Source: Catajapyx aquilonaris
Taxonomy: Eukaryota
NCBI GenBank assembly: GCA_000934665.2
Contig: JYFJ02004452.1
Coordinates: 1 to 32,029, forward strand
DNA length: 32,029 nt
Direction of reading: 5' to 3'
The notes beneath the pieces were generated by a model that did not search any database, was not told where the DNA came from, and worked only from the letters and a program-made list of their open reading frames with translations. Made by a program: the position numbers and the translations under genes. This document shows, one piece after another, positions 11,260 to 22,742 of the stretch; position 1 is the first letter of the stretch; each line of letters starts with the position of its first letter.

Positions 11260-11587
11260 CTAGCTGCGGCACCCGGCGTTGCCCGGGAAGAAATGAATAA
11301 AGGGAAAACACCTGCCAGTGACCCCGTCAACTGTCTGTCTTTCAGTGTGTCCGCCCACCAATGCCATCTCCTGCTACTCCAACACCTTCAACCTCTCCCG
11401 CCTGTATAACGGCAACCGTCATTTGACTGACTGCCATCTGTATTCGACCACCAACACCTCCATCCTGTTTTGGCCTGGGGGTGGAGCACAGATGGCAGGC
11501 AAATGACGGTTGGCAGGCGGACAGACGGACAGAGACGACAGACAGAGAGACAGACAGACTCACAAACGGATTTATTTATATAGAAGA
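11260..11587 (-). mobile_element. Non-autonomous Helitron, complete (328 bp)
   Basis: On the minus strand: 5' TC (TCTTCTATATAAATAAA), a (CTGT)n-type microsatellite near the 5' end, a subterminal GC-rich hairpin CCCGGGCAACGCCGGG and a 3' CTAG. It sits between host A (11588) and T (11259) with no TSD. These are canonical Helitron hallmarks. Confidence 0.9.
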
Positions 11588-12329
11588 TAAGCAAGGCTTG
11601 ACAAATCAAGCCTCATATCGCGTTCAGATATCGCGGTGGATGATCAGGAGGGGATTGGACCCAGATAAAGTGGTTGGGAGACAATAAAGAGACAACAGAG
11701 AATATCCTCAAAATTTCGAAAATATTCCAAAAAATAAAACTAAAAATTGCAAACGAGTAGACAAACGAGGCCAATGCAGCCCATAAAACCCGAATTTTAG
11801 TTCTTTTGTCTAATCAGCAGAAATGTCTGAAATAATAGCTTCGTAATAATGGACACAAACAATAAGTATGACCATGAGCAACCTTCATTTAATGCAATGT
11901 AATACGAGTACTCTATAACTTATAACATCCGCCTAAAGTCACGATAGTCCAAATGTCTGGGCATAAGTAGGCCCTATATCCATGTTCTATTCACGTTCGT
12001 ATAGGTAGTAGATATACGTTATCGTTGGTCACACACGATCACACACGTCACTTGCAAACTGGCCTAACTGGAGCAAACCCGGAATACTGAAGTGATGCAA
12101 GTCAATATTGGCCAGGTTGTATTTGTTAATAAGAAATCAACAAATGGTTGACCACCAGAATTTTGGGGGGGTCATTCCGCAAGTAAAACTGTCAACCTTC
12201 CTGCTATATACACAAACAACTGATTGATGCACGTATAAGCGTCAATCTTGTGCGCTGATTCGGACTGGCACACACAATTTTAGCCGGCACATTATCAGTA
12301 GTGCGTTATGATGCGAGGGTTAAAATCAA

Positions 12330-12640
12330 CATTTACAAATTTTGAAGCTCCGCATAACCCCGGAGCTGCTCCATAGCTGTCTTCTGGCCGGGAAGCTGGC
12401 CAGGGCAGCTTCCGTACATTTTGACGCAGCGTCAATCTCAGCTTGGCACAAAGCAAGCATGCACCCCGAGGCTGCTTCCAGCTAGAACACAACCAGAACA
12501 CACTCTGAACTTCTCTTCCAATCACTTCACAGTCATCGGCTGCTTTAGCTCCTGGTGCGTGATTGTCTGGTGTTGATGTCACGTCCTAGCCAGAGGCCTC
12601 TATATACCCGTATGAACCAACATCTTCCTTCCGGTTGTCT
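12330..12640 (-). mobile_element. Possible degenerate Tc1-like transposase remnant
   Basis: MLVHTGI (~MVWxGI) followed by LRQNVRKLPWPASRPE (~LPWPAxSPDLNP) in ORF 12295-12582. The catalytic D/E residues are not preserved. Confidence 0.3.
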
Positions 12641-13939
12641 AATTTGCGTCTGGACAGTGAGTCACAATCGTGCATTTAATCTCCATGCACATGGTGTAAT
12701 GCAGTTGCAGAACAGTAGTCTATGGTCTCCTTATTGTGCGCAGTGAGCTCAGAGCGGACCACTGCACTTGTGTAGGCTCTAATTCTTCAGTGCCCACTTT
12801 CACAAATAATTCTGTAGAATACTGTACAAGACTGCTGATGTGCAAAAATTAAATCCAGAAGGAGAGTAACCATACCGGTATATCAAAAATAAGGTGCAAG
12901 CCTTTGAAGGAAAAGTATCGGTATCTTCATGGTAATAAGATTAGAATTATCATCATTCTGCAATGACGTCAAATAAGATCAAACATCAGAAAAGTAACTA
13001 CTTATAACTTAGTAATGCAAAGTTATGCACCGTAACTTTTAATGCACCCATTCATATTTTACATCGCATTCTCAAGGGCATACCCAGTAGACAGGCCCGG
13101 AAAATTCGTATGACTATTTCATATAACTACATAGTATAACTGATATAGGCATATCCAAATTTACGTCAAATATGACGACATGTGTAAAAAAAATGTAAAA
13201 ATCTCAGTCAAGAATAAAAGACCTCGGGCACAATCCCAGGATCGTGTAATACCACTAGTACCAATGTAAGTCCGCCCCTGGATTGCGAGGCTTGATTTTA
13301 CAGCCAATCATGTCATTTGCAGAAATTTGATGGCCTGATAATCACATCTTTACGATCCACGCTGAACGAATTAGCAGCTAGTGTATTTGTATCACTGTTT
13401 ATTGAGTTTGTAATCGCATTACACGAGAGTTGGCACATGGCAAATACCCGCTCGATTTTCATGGCCAAGGACAACAAAATCTATTTTGGCAGGAACAGGT
13501 GCCAGCACTGGTAACGCATCGTTCATATAATGAGCTTATAAATTTATTTCGACGACGTGTCACGGAACATTTCCTCACCCACTTTGCGATTACCTGTTGA
13601 GTTCTCGTGTACAAGGGGATCCTCAACACGACAAGATAATGTAGCCATATAATAGGGTTGGAGTTCAATTTAGTAATGCTTGTAATTACATTTTTCAATG
13701 AGGTCGTCTTGATGCGTTTAAGCAGATTCAGAAAATGGCAACAAAAAATAGCATAATAGCATATAGTTCCTGGCAAAATATTATTAAATAGTATATGACG
13801 CTTTGCTCAGGTGCGCCATGTTTGTCAAACGGGAGGTAAATAAACTTAAGCTGCAATAAGTATGTCGAGTTGAGTACTTACCTTAATGAGTTGCGATGCG
13901 GCAGATCCTTCATTACCACTGGTGTTGACGTTTTCTAGG

Positions 13940-14217
13940 CAGGGCCGTAATTATCTCTGAACAGGTGAGAGTTGACAGGTCATCAGGGCCTGACGCCTGC
14001 TTCATATGGATAACTGGATCTAGGGTCCAATCTGGCTCCTTCACCAACAGGATTTTGAAAATATATATATTTGCCTGGTGCACATCCCTTGGTGGCAAGC
14101 ATTGGACTATACCGGATCTAGACGCGATTGGACAGTCAGGTGTAGTTGTCCACATAAGAGTGTGAAAGCCTTGATGACCTGTCAACCTCCACCTGTTCAG
14201 AGGTAATTACGGTTCTG
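13940..14217. mobile_element. MITE-like element with ~45-50-bp imperfect TIRs
   Basis: CAGGGCCGTAATTATCTCTGAACAGGTGAGAGTTGACAGGTCATCAGGGC matches the reverse complement of 14168-14217 (CAGAACCGTAATTACCTCTGAACAGGTGGAGGTTGACAGGTCATCAAGGC). The CAGGG start is hAT-like, but no 8-bp TSD is retained. Confidence 0.75.
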
Positions 14218-14784
14218 CATAAGAGACCGCCAACCCCAATGGTATTGAAGGATCCACTGCTTCCCAACTCATTAAGGCAAGTACCAAATTTGCTTACAAT
14301 CAACTGATTGCCAATCTCTCTCAATGAGCTCCTGCAATTGACCGTACCTGCGATTCACATCAACATACGTGTTTGTCACATGCTCCGGTCAGTTCGATTG
14401 TGAAGCGCCTAATATCGGTTAATTAGCCAGCTAATCACATCGTCGACCAAGACGGTTGGAGAGGTCATCCACCTGTGGTTTTACGATCGACAGAAGCCTA
14501 ATGCGAATCCAACTTGTGAAGACTATGGTGGCCTCCGCCAAGAGTAATCAATACCATATATATTATTTTGCTGCGAGAGATATCACTCATATTGTATTAG
14601 CTCGCAATGTAATTTACTGCTGTGGGGATAGACCAATATATTTAATCACTTGTTCATGCTCCACATGCCTGGTACATTTACTCAATTTATAATCCACGTA
14701 AATAACATACCCCTAACTTAACAGCAATATATTCTTTTCACCGACACTTTCCCGTACTGTTCCAAAACTACATCCACGCTGGTA

Positions 14785-14918
14785 TAATTATAATTAAGAA
14801 TAGTGAAATGAATCAGACAAGTTCGGACATTCAGATGGTATAATGAAAACTACTGAATTATATACCATCTGAATGTCCGAACTTGTCTGATTCACTTCAC
14901 TATTTTTAATTATAATTA
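14785..14918. repeat. Long inverted repeat with 58-bp arms (2 mismatches) and an 18-nt loop
   Basis: 14785-14842 pairs with 14861-14918. An outer 10-bp pair TCCAAAACTA (14761-14770) / TAGTTTTGGA (14917-14926) extends it. Confidence 0.95.
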
Positions 14919-15625
14919 GTTTTGGATAGGCTGCAATAAACATGAACTGAGAGTTTAGCAAGAAAGCACAAAAAGTGATGCCATCTGGTAACCCCCCCCC
15001 CCCTCCCATGCAATAATAATGGCTGTTTCAAGCAGTGTGACTCACACCTCGTATTCAGGTCTAGTCTTCCGCCATTAGTATGATTATATCTGAACATGAA
15101 CCAAAGCCATGCATTCAGTACTCACTGTACCTTGGTGTTAAGGTTTCCGATAGCTCTTCTCCCGTAGAGTGTTTCGATTCTCCCTGAAACCAAGAAAACA
15201 CGTCAAACTTCGAAATAGATCACAGCTGTTAATAATGCACCTCCGCACGTCAAGTGAAGGTGTCTGCTGAATATTTCAGTAGTAAGGATTTCTTAGGCTA
15301 ACCACCCAGAGTTAATATTGCAACGCCACGTCAAAACCCCCATTCGAGCCAGTAGGAAGAGACTCAAAGCACATAATCTACTGATAACTCTGCAGAGTTC
15401 TAATATTGGGTCACAGTCGGATGAAAAAAAAAATTAGCTCACGCAATATAATTTGCATACGTTTGTACTAGGTTTCAAAGAGCTTCTTTTTTAAAACAAG
15501 CAGTGCTTAGAGTGGTGTTAGTGGGATTACTAATTCATGGGGCAGGCAACGAGCGAGAGTGTCTGGAACGCGGTTACACCGAGATCAGCAGGTACAAATC
15601 AAGCCGACGTTTTCTAGAGACAACT

Positions 15626-15647
15626 AAAAAAAAAAAAAAAAAAAAAA
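15626..15647 (+). repeat. Poly(A) tract
   Basis: Uninterrupted run of just over 20 A. Confidence 0.9.
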
Positions 15648-17496
15648 GGTGGGTGTCTCAGGAAGGGATGCCGCTGAGAGAGACTTTCGTCGGAAAACTT
15701 TTCTGGCCAAATAGACAGCGACAGAAGCGGGGGAGGTCTTTCCATTACTAACTCTGGTCCAAACCAACAGAGTGCAGATTGGCGTCTGGGGAACTCAACA
15801 AAGGTTTCTCTCGTGCCGTTCGGTGTGTTGCAAAATCTCACTGCCCTGAGGTGATTACAAGAAGGGTCCTGAATCAAAGGAGTGCCTCGTGGCCTTAAAG
15901 GTGGTTGTCACGTGACGACAATTATTAGGTCTGCTATAGTCTAGGTCGCATCAAGAAAATGTAGTGTGTACATTATTTTTGTCATTATGTGTCTATAACA
16001 TTGTCCAGATGTAATAATTACATCGTAATAGGTACCAATAAGAGCCTATAAATAAACAGCTATGAATTTCAAATCATAACATAAAATCAGTATGGCATTT
16101 CGCAACATTAGTTCCATCGTCAATTCGAGCAAACATAAAATTGGTGCCCTTACACATCACACCCTGTTTCAATATGCTCAATTCGTACATTCCTGAAACA
16201 CCGTCATGCCTCACTTTAATCTGGGACTATGTGATGCAGGTATCATCTCAGATTTCAGAGTCCATTTTCCCACACCAACACAAAATTCTCTGAGAACCCC
16301 TGACATTTTTTATGGAAGTAATATGCAAAACGAAAGATAAAAACCAATAAAATTTTCAGTCGTAAATTACGCTCCATATGAGCAGGGCGGTATGAAAACG
16401 AACATGCCAAAGCGCATATGGCTCATCTATGGATAGCCATGCAATTAATGTTTAACCGCAGTTTATTGCCAGTTTATTGCAATAAACTGGATTGTGGTGA
16501 GAGCAGGGATAAAATACGATTGATGCATCTGGTTTTCACCATGGTCCAAATTGTATATCAGGAGCTGTGTGTATGTGTGTTTTTTTAAACGGCATTCCAG
16601 CACCCACTATTTTTTTTTTGTGATGCCCTCCAGCGGACAAGTTTGAAGCAACTCCCCTTCAAGAATGAGCCGACAAAGTCGTAAAATTTTATTTCATGTC
16701 AAACGATTCTGTTAATTGCCAGCTAGAGGATCCCGTGAAGTACTCCCTGGCACTAAGAATTAATTCAAATCATAATAACACCGCATTTAAAAGGTGCGCT
16801 TTACTACCTAGACGTGTTGGAAGCAATTTGCAGGTGACTACACCACGATCTAATGCAAATTGCGCACACGAAACACACCGTTGCAAATGGCGCTCTTTTC
16901 TCGGAACCGTGACCACTTGTAAGTGTTTTGCGATAAACTACGGCACGATATCCGCTCCTGTACGTTAAAGGTGTGGCTTGTACCTCCCCTGTTGGAGATA
17001 TATGGGTTCTTTATCCTTGCCGAGCGACGTGAAAGTCTCCTTTCAGTGTGTAAAAGGCGCAAGCTATTCACACCGAATTGCCCAAAAGTAATAGTGTCGC
17101 GTCATAAATATGACGGCAGCGTATAATCTGGGATTATCAAGCTGTATACAGGGAACCTAGAGACATCTTTGCAACAGCCTCTTTTCAGGCTATTATTTTC
17201 TTTTATGAATATATGAGAGTGGAGGGATGTAAGGTCTCGGGTTTTTGACATTTTTTTCTGAGATCAAGCAATTTTTAGAAATTTTACAATTCATTTTTTG
17301 GGGTTCTATTAAATTTTGATCGGTCCAGGCAACTTTTTGATGTTTAAAATCACGTAGAAAGTATAGTTCTTTCAGAGAGTAATAATCTGCTGAATTTATT
17401 GAAAGATGACCATTATCTTGTGTATAACTCGATTATAAAAATTCGTTACTATTAGACAATAAAATGCAGAAATTAAACTCTGATATGGCTGGCAAC

Positions 17497-17819
17497 GGGG
17501 AGGTACGGCCGAGATGGTAACGTCTCGGCTTGCTGAGTGAAAGGTCCCAGGGAGTTCCCTTTCACCTGCGTCAGGAGGGTCTCTGACCCACACCTTGGAG
17601 GTGTCTGGCAACCTAACCTCCTGGGGGACTGCACATGGCCCAAACTTGAGACATTTCACCTGCACCCGTGTCCCGTCCCCGAAAATCCCTCTCCTTACCT
17701 AGTGTCCTTAATTCCTTGCACCGGAGATTGAAGTTAAACCAATCAGAAAACTGACGGTGGTGTGCCACCCCCCAAAAAGGCTCATGGAGGCCTATCACGG
17801 GGTAAAAATAAATAAATAA
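17497..17819 (+). mobile_element. tRNA-derived SINE, family A, copy 2 (B box deleted)
   Basis: GGGGAGGTACGGCCGAGATGGTAACGTCTC head, shared body (GGCAACCTAACCTCCTGGGGGACTGCAC) and 3' ATCACGGGGTAA followed by (AAAT)n. 14-bp TSD with 1 mismatch: ATATGGCTGGCAAC (17483-17496) / ATGTGGCTGGCAAC (17820-17833). Confidence 0.92.
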
Positions 17820-18049
17820 ATGTGGCTGGCAACAATAACCTAATAATATTATTAATAACATACTACTGCATTTTTTTTCTGGTGACACAAGCTCAAAGTC
17901 CGAACAACGCGATGCAAAAAGTTGAGCGGAATTTATGTCTGGTGTTTATTAGAAGACGGCCCCGTGTATTCTATCAACAACTTGCAGTATAAAAAAAACA
18001 AGTCTGGACCAAAATTGACAAAGAGCATGCCGCTGATTGGAAAGTCGGT

Positions 18050-18330
18050 GATAGTAATTTATCACAGAGACGGAAGAGACACTGTAAATTCCATGAAGAT
18101 GGAGCCCCGATATACCTCTTCGGTCGGCATGCCAACACCAATTCACCCTCTCCTATTTAACAATAAAGGCGATTCAGTAACATTTTTCTTCATTTCTGAT
18201 GCCCCGAGACTGAAAGAAAGCCCAGAAAGGCAGTGTCCACCAGGGAGACGTTTGGACGGATGAGTGGGTTGATCTAAGCTCCAGCATCATACCAAACCAA
18301 GACAAACTGATGCCTATATCTCCACATGAC
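18050..18330 (+). mobile_element. Degenerate LINE RT remnant (Jockey/CR1/I-like)
   Basis: ORF 17922-18263 contains SVGMPTPIHPLLFN (~GVPQGSxLSPLLFN) then FFISDA (~LFADD). After the stop comes LDG*VG*SKL (~LxxW...KL). Confidence 0.35.
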
Positions 18331-19436
18331 ATTGTTTGCCTCCATACACACACACCTCCCAAGAAAGCAGTGGTCAACAAGCAGAGAACAATTAGACACT
18401 GTCTCACGCCTTTTCACGTGTGATTAATCACTGCCTGCTGGTTGTATTGACCGTGATTACCACTTTCAGCAGATTCCGCCGGGTTCAAAGGACCACGCTG
18501 TTACCTGAGTATTTGTCTGTTTTTTTTATCGCTTACCTTCTTCCCAATAGCGCTTTTATTAGCTCATCATCATAATGGCTCCCGTCAACTGTGCAAAAAA
18601 TATGCTCATGATTACCAAAAACAATTTCAACCCCATTGCCACAGTTATTACCATTAGGTCTACTCCCTCTCCACAGGGGTATTATTCACTGATGTGACCC
18701 AGCGGACAAAAGATATATACATATCGCGCAACATAATTACTAAACAGTCAACCACAATGCTCCCTGTCAATTAAAATATTTTAATCTATTTGCCAACAGA
18801 GCCTAACGATGCGATAGCTTTCACTTCGATCTTTGATTGGATTTTTTCCCGCTCTAATTAATTATTCGCAGACAATCCATTATTGTGGCGGTGGCAATAG
18901 AACTGAACACGAGGCATCAAGCGATACAATACACGCAATGGAGCATGGTAATGGATACATCAAACTGTCGATGCCAATAAAATATGCAGTGTGGGGACTC
19001 CTGTTTTTGTCCAGGCATGTATCAGCAGTCTTGGAGAAAATTAGATTCACATTGTTGTGGACTTTCGGTTGAGTGTGATGTTTTGCACTACACTGCAGGT
19101 CTGCAGCTAAGCCCGATACACACCCATGGGATACCGGTATACCATCAAATGTTACCCACTTAATACCTGTACGTGGCTAGATGTGACTCACATATAGTCT
19201 ACCGAATTGATTTAGCGTTAACCTTAATTTTGTCACTTAACTGCCTTTTGTTCAGCGTAATTCTAACGAAAACAAAAATATCACTTGTAATATCCGGTGA
19301 AATTTTGACCACTGCAGGGGATTCCACCCTTGACCTAGTATGCTACATCAGCATTTCCCCCCGCAGTGGTCAACCATGTAATATTAACAACAATTACGGC
19401 CAAAAGCGTAACTTACGCTTTTGACAGTAAGCTATA

Positions 19437-19498
19437 TTCGAAAGTGCCAAAAACTTTAACTGCTGAGTTCAGCAGTTAAAGTTTTTGGCACTTTCGAA
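19437..19498. repeat. Near-perfect palindrome with 30-bp arms and a 2-nt spacer
   Basis: TTCGAAAGTGCCAAAAACTTTAACTGCTGA gt TCAGCAGTTAAAGTTTTTGGCACTTTCGAA. Confidence 0.97.
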
Positions 19499-21904
19499 AA
19501 GAGAAGATATCGTAGGCATGCAAGCAAGCGAAACAATTTTGAAGTTACTTACACCACTAACTAACTTTTCCTGCTCTATCGCCTGATCAAGTCCATTTGG
19601 TAGTAATAATTAATAATGAGAGTGCTAGCCAGGATTTGCTGTCTTAACTGGCAACAAGTTGGATTGTATCAAAACTGCTTATTTATTCGCTAACGGTATC
19701 CGGGCATTACGGAAAATGACCAAAAATGTATCATCTGTACACCTAAAGCAAATAAAGGTACCGTGCCAAATGCCCATCAATGGGCGGTGCACTAACCCCA
19801 ATTATTATATGATATTATTATTTATTTATTTATTTAATGGACTTCTCTTGTCTGCTCACGGTACTTCCTCCTCAATTTGCACCGACTTATTAATTTCTTT
19901 TGAAAAAATATAATACGCCCCACTCCACGAAACTCATTACATCTACAGATTTTTTTAAAAACCCAACTCTATAATCTAGAAGAGTTAAATTTCTTTACCT
20001 TCCACCCCTTTCAATCCCTACACAAACAAACCTAGCCCCAAACCCCATGTAAATCTAAGCTCCACCACTCTTTTTACCTCCCCCTCTCACAGTATAACTC
20101 CCCTACATAATATCGGCCGGCCCCTATTGGCAAGACGGCTTTTCTAACCCCAGCGGAACTTCGCAATCAACTAGACAAACGGCCGGCTTACTGGAATTGC
20201 GATACAACTCACGCATTAGACTAGTACTTCCCTATTCACACCCTGCAAAATAGCACATCTCCCCTCGTAGCCTCAACCCCGATTCTTTTACTCCGCCTGC
20301 ATCGGCATCCCAGGCTTCCCCTTCTCCCCTGCAATTATTTAGCCTGAATGGGCATAATAATTACCTCCCCAGATCCGCAAATCCTATCCAAAAAGGCCTG
20401 CTTGATTAGCGAGGCCCGCCCTGGAGAAAGAATCTCTGCGAGCGGATGATATTTCCTTCGCGGCTCTTTCTCCGACTTCTTCGGCATCGAAAAGCCATTA
20501 AATGGGACCTCTCCGTCCATCAATCTCATACACCTGCCTCCTGTACTCGCATCCCAGGCTTCTACCACTGATGGGATATATGCTGCAAGTCAATTCCCCA
20601 ACGGACTCTTCCGTCAGAACACACTCCACCCTAAACCAAGATGGCGGACGAGGTCAACCTCTGCATCGAACGGTTGGTCGTGGAACTGACCATTTCCAGG
20701 AAGAGATAGGCTAGCTTCCGTGGTGTGACACAACCTGATGCATTTGCATGCCGACCATAAGATTTGTTCTTCTTGAGCACGATTGGTGACGTGGAACAGG
20801 CTGACGTGAAATTGGGTGAATTCCCGCTCGGTTAAATGGCACGGAGCACTCCTAAATCAGGCTTTCTCCCTGCGGGGGTAAGAGCGACGGTGTTTTTTTT
20901 CTGTTTTAAAGAGCATGGCCGTTTTTAAGTCCATCCCCCGGTCAAGATTGCATGTCGCGTTATTCTCGCAGCTGGAGGGAGATAAACCTTTCCAATGACA
21001 AATTGCCAGGACACAAATTATCCGCACTGAAACGGACGGAAAGAATTAGCCGAATCACGCACTGGTTGAAAAATACGTTAGTTGCGACACAACTTTTGCG
21101 GCGTATAGGACGCGATGGGAAAGTTTCGAGTCGTTTACACCCATACAGGTTTTAATCGCAGCCTCATCTCTGATATGCAGTCTGCACGAACTGACAGGGC
21201 CGTATCTCACCTCCCCGTGACGTTATCAAAGTGCTCTATTTAATGAGATTTTCGTTTACTTTGCTTAAAATATCCTGAAAGTTTGCAGATGGACACCATT
21301 ATTCCTGCCCGGGGGGAAATAAATGGCGCCTATTACTTTCACGCGTCAGTAGTTGCCTTACGTGATAATAGATAATGCTATTGCTTGGGCGAAAAAGCGT
21401 TGAGTCATCATCGTCACCTCGGCTTAAGATGTGTTGCCAACCTCGCCAGAATGAGAATATTTGAGCGACTTTTAGCGTGAGCGAAAGTCAGGGTTCGCTC
21501 ACGTTTTCGCTCGCGAGAACCAGGGTTCGCTTTCGCTCGCGAGCTTTGCGAACACACCTTTTTTTGCACCTGATTTCTGACCCAGCGGCGGGCAAACAAC
21601 CTGCATTAAGGTGCATGATGTGGCCTAGACAGACACTAATCATTCTTCCCGCGGTGCTGTAATCAGATTACTGGGCATTTAATTTGATCGGCTCTAGACT
21701 CGTGTAATGAGACGGGGGCGAATGACGGAGGAGATTTCCATCGCCCCAGGAGACGCATTCGGCTTCTTTGCCTCCAATCATTTCTTTTTCAGACAACTCC
21801 TTCGGATCATCTTGATTATCCCCTGTAGATTCCTAATGGCGAATTAAGGCCAGCAATCGGCCGCTTACACATTTCTGAATTCCGTGTATGGCATGAAAAT
21901 TCGG

Positions 21905-22042
21905 AAGGACTTTCGTAATGGGAGACCGAATGTGGTAGGGGCACGCTGCACCAACCTACACCATGATCTAACCTTCCTTCCTGGAGGATACACGCCTATC
22001 CTTCAGCAGATACACGCCTAGGAGAGTAGATAAAAGTACGGA
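21905..22042 (-). repeat. Dispersed repeat C, copy 2 (uninterrupted)
   Basis: Reverse complement matches 7917-7939 plus 8286-8388. Contains a local duplication of GATACACGCCTA. Confidence 0.8.
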
Positions 22043-22189
22043 GTCTCTCCGATTCAGCAGACTTCCACACTATGAATCCAGGGAAAATTTCTAGCTCCGA
22101 ATTAATCAAATCTGGACTGTGTAACAAGCCAAAAGACAAGTCACACTGTCAGCTCGTTGTGCTGACAGGCCAAGGGGCATTTCTAGATT

Positions 22190-22660
22190 ACACAGCTCCT
22201 CCCAAAGTTTGAGCTTGGATCTGAGAAAGGCTGCAAAAGTTTGAGTTCACAGCAACACCAAGAGGGCCAGGGGCAAAATTAATACTGCTGATGGTCTTCT
22301 TAGCCCATGCAATTAGATTTCAGCCATGTCTGGCAAGAGCCTAGAAGTGGAAACAGCATAAGAAGACCCCCCCCCGACACAATCCTCCTGATTAGAAATA
22401 CTTGATTCCTGCAGCTTTAGATCCATTAGTTTGTGGAGATAATGAGAGCCAACGTATAATATAGGCAGACGGTGCCATGTAGGCCACACAGGCTTTAGGA
22501 TGAACTCTGGTAGCATTTTGGTAGAGGAGGGGGTGGACAAGCAGGAATAAATTAAGCGCCTAACAAGATTAGAGGCGGTGAATAGAGTAGTCCGGGGGGC
22601 TGTAACCTCATCGGTCGAAATGGCTTTTGAAGGACCTCTGGAAAAAGGCCTGAGTCTGAA
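22190..22660 (+). mobile_element. Degenerate Ty3/gypsy pol remnant (RNase H end to integrase N-terminus)
   Basis: Motifs in gypsy order: TAPPKV (~APPRI), RLQKFEFT (22228-, ~RLQxYDF), GKINTADGL (22272-, ~GKxNxxADAL), YLIPAAL, CHVGHTG (22473-, HH of HHCC), VEMAFEGPL (~xDFxGPL). Frames are disrupted. Confidence 0.6.
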
Positions 22661-22739
22661 GACTGCAGCTAGGGGAGCAAGATGAAGACGCGAGGTCCTC
22701 ACCATAATAGTTTCCTGCCAAGGCAAGGGGGGGGGGGGG

Positions 22740-22742
22740 NNN
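22740..22742. other. Undetermined bases (assembly gap) after a G homopolymer
   Basis: nnn in the sequence. Confidence 0.99.

Noticed and set aside
13930..13990. Hammerhead ribozyme core (CTGATGA...GAAA on the minus strand)
   Set aside because: Stem II does not close properly, and the motif is part of a MITE TIR.
15503..15751. Poly-lysine ORF
   Set aside because: An artefact of translating the poly(A) tract.
19810..20350. LINE 3' end on the minus strand with a (TAAA)n tail
   Set aside because: Strand-biased composition and the tail are suggestive, but I could not read convincing protein motifs.
22313..22726. Longest ORF (137 aa, minus strand) as a gene
   Set aside because: No recognisable domain; it lies antisense to gypsy pol motifs on the plus strand.
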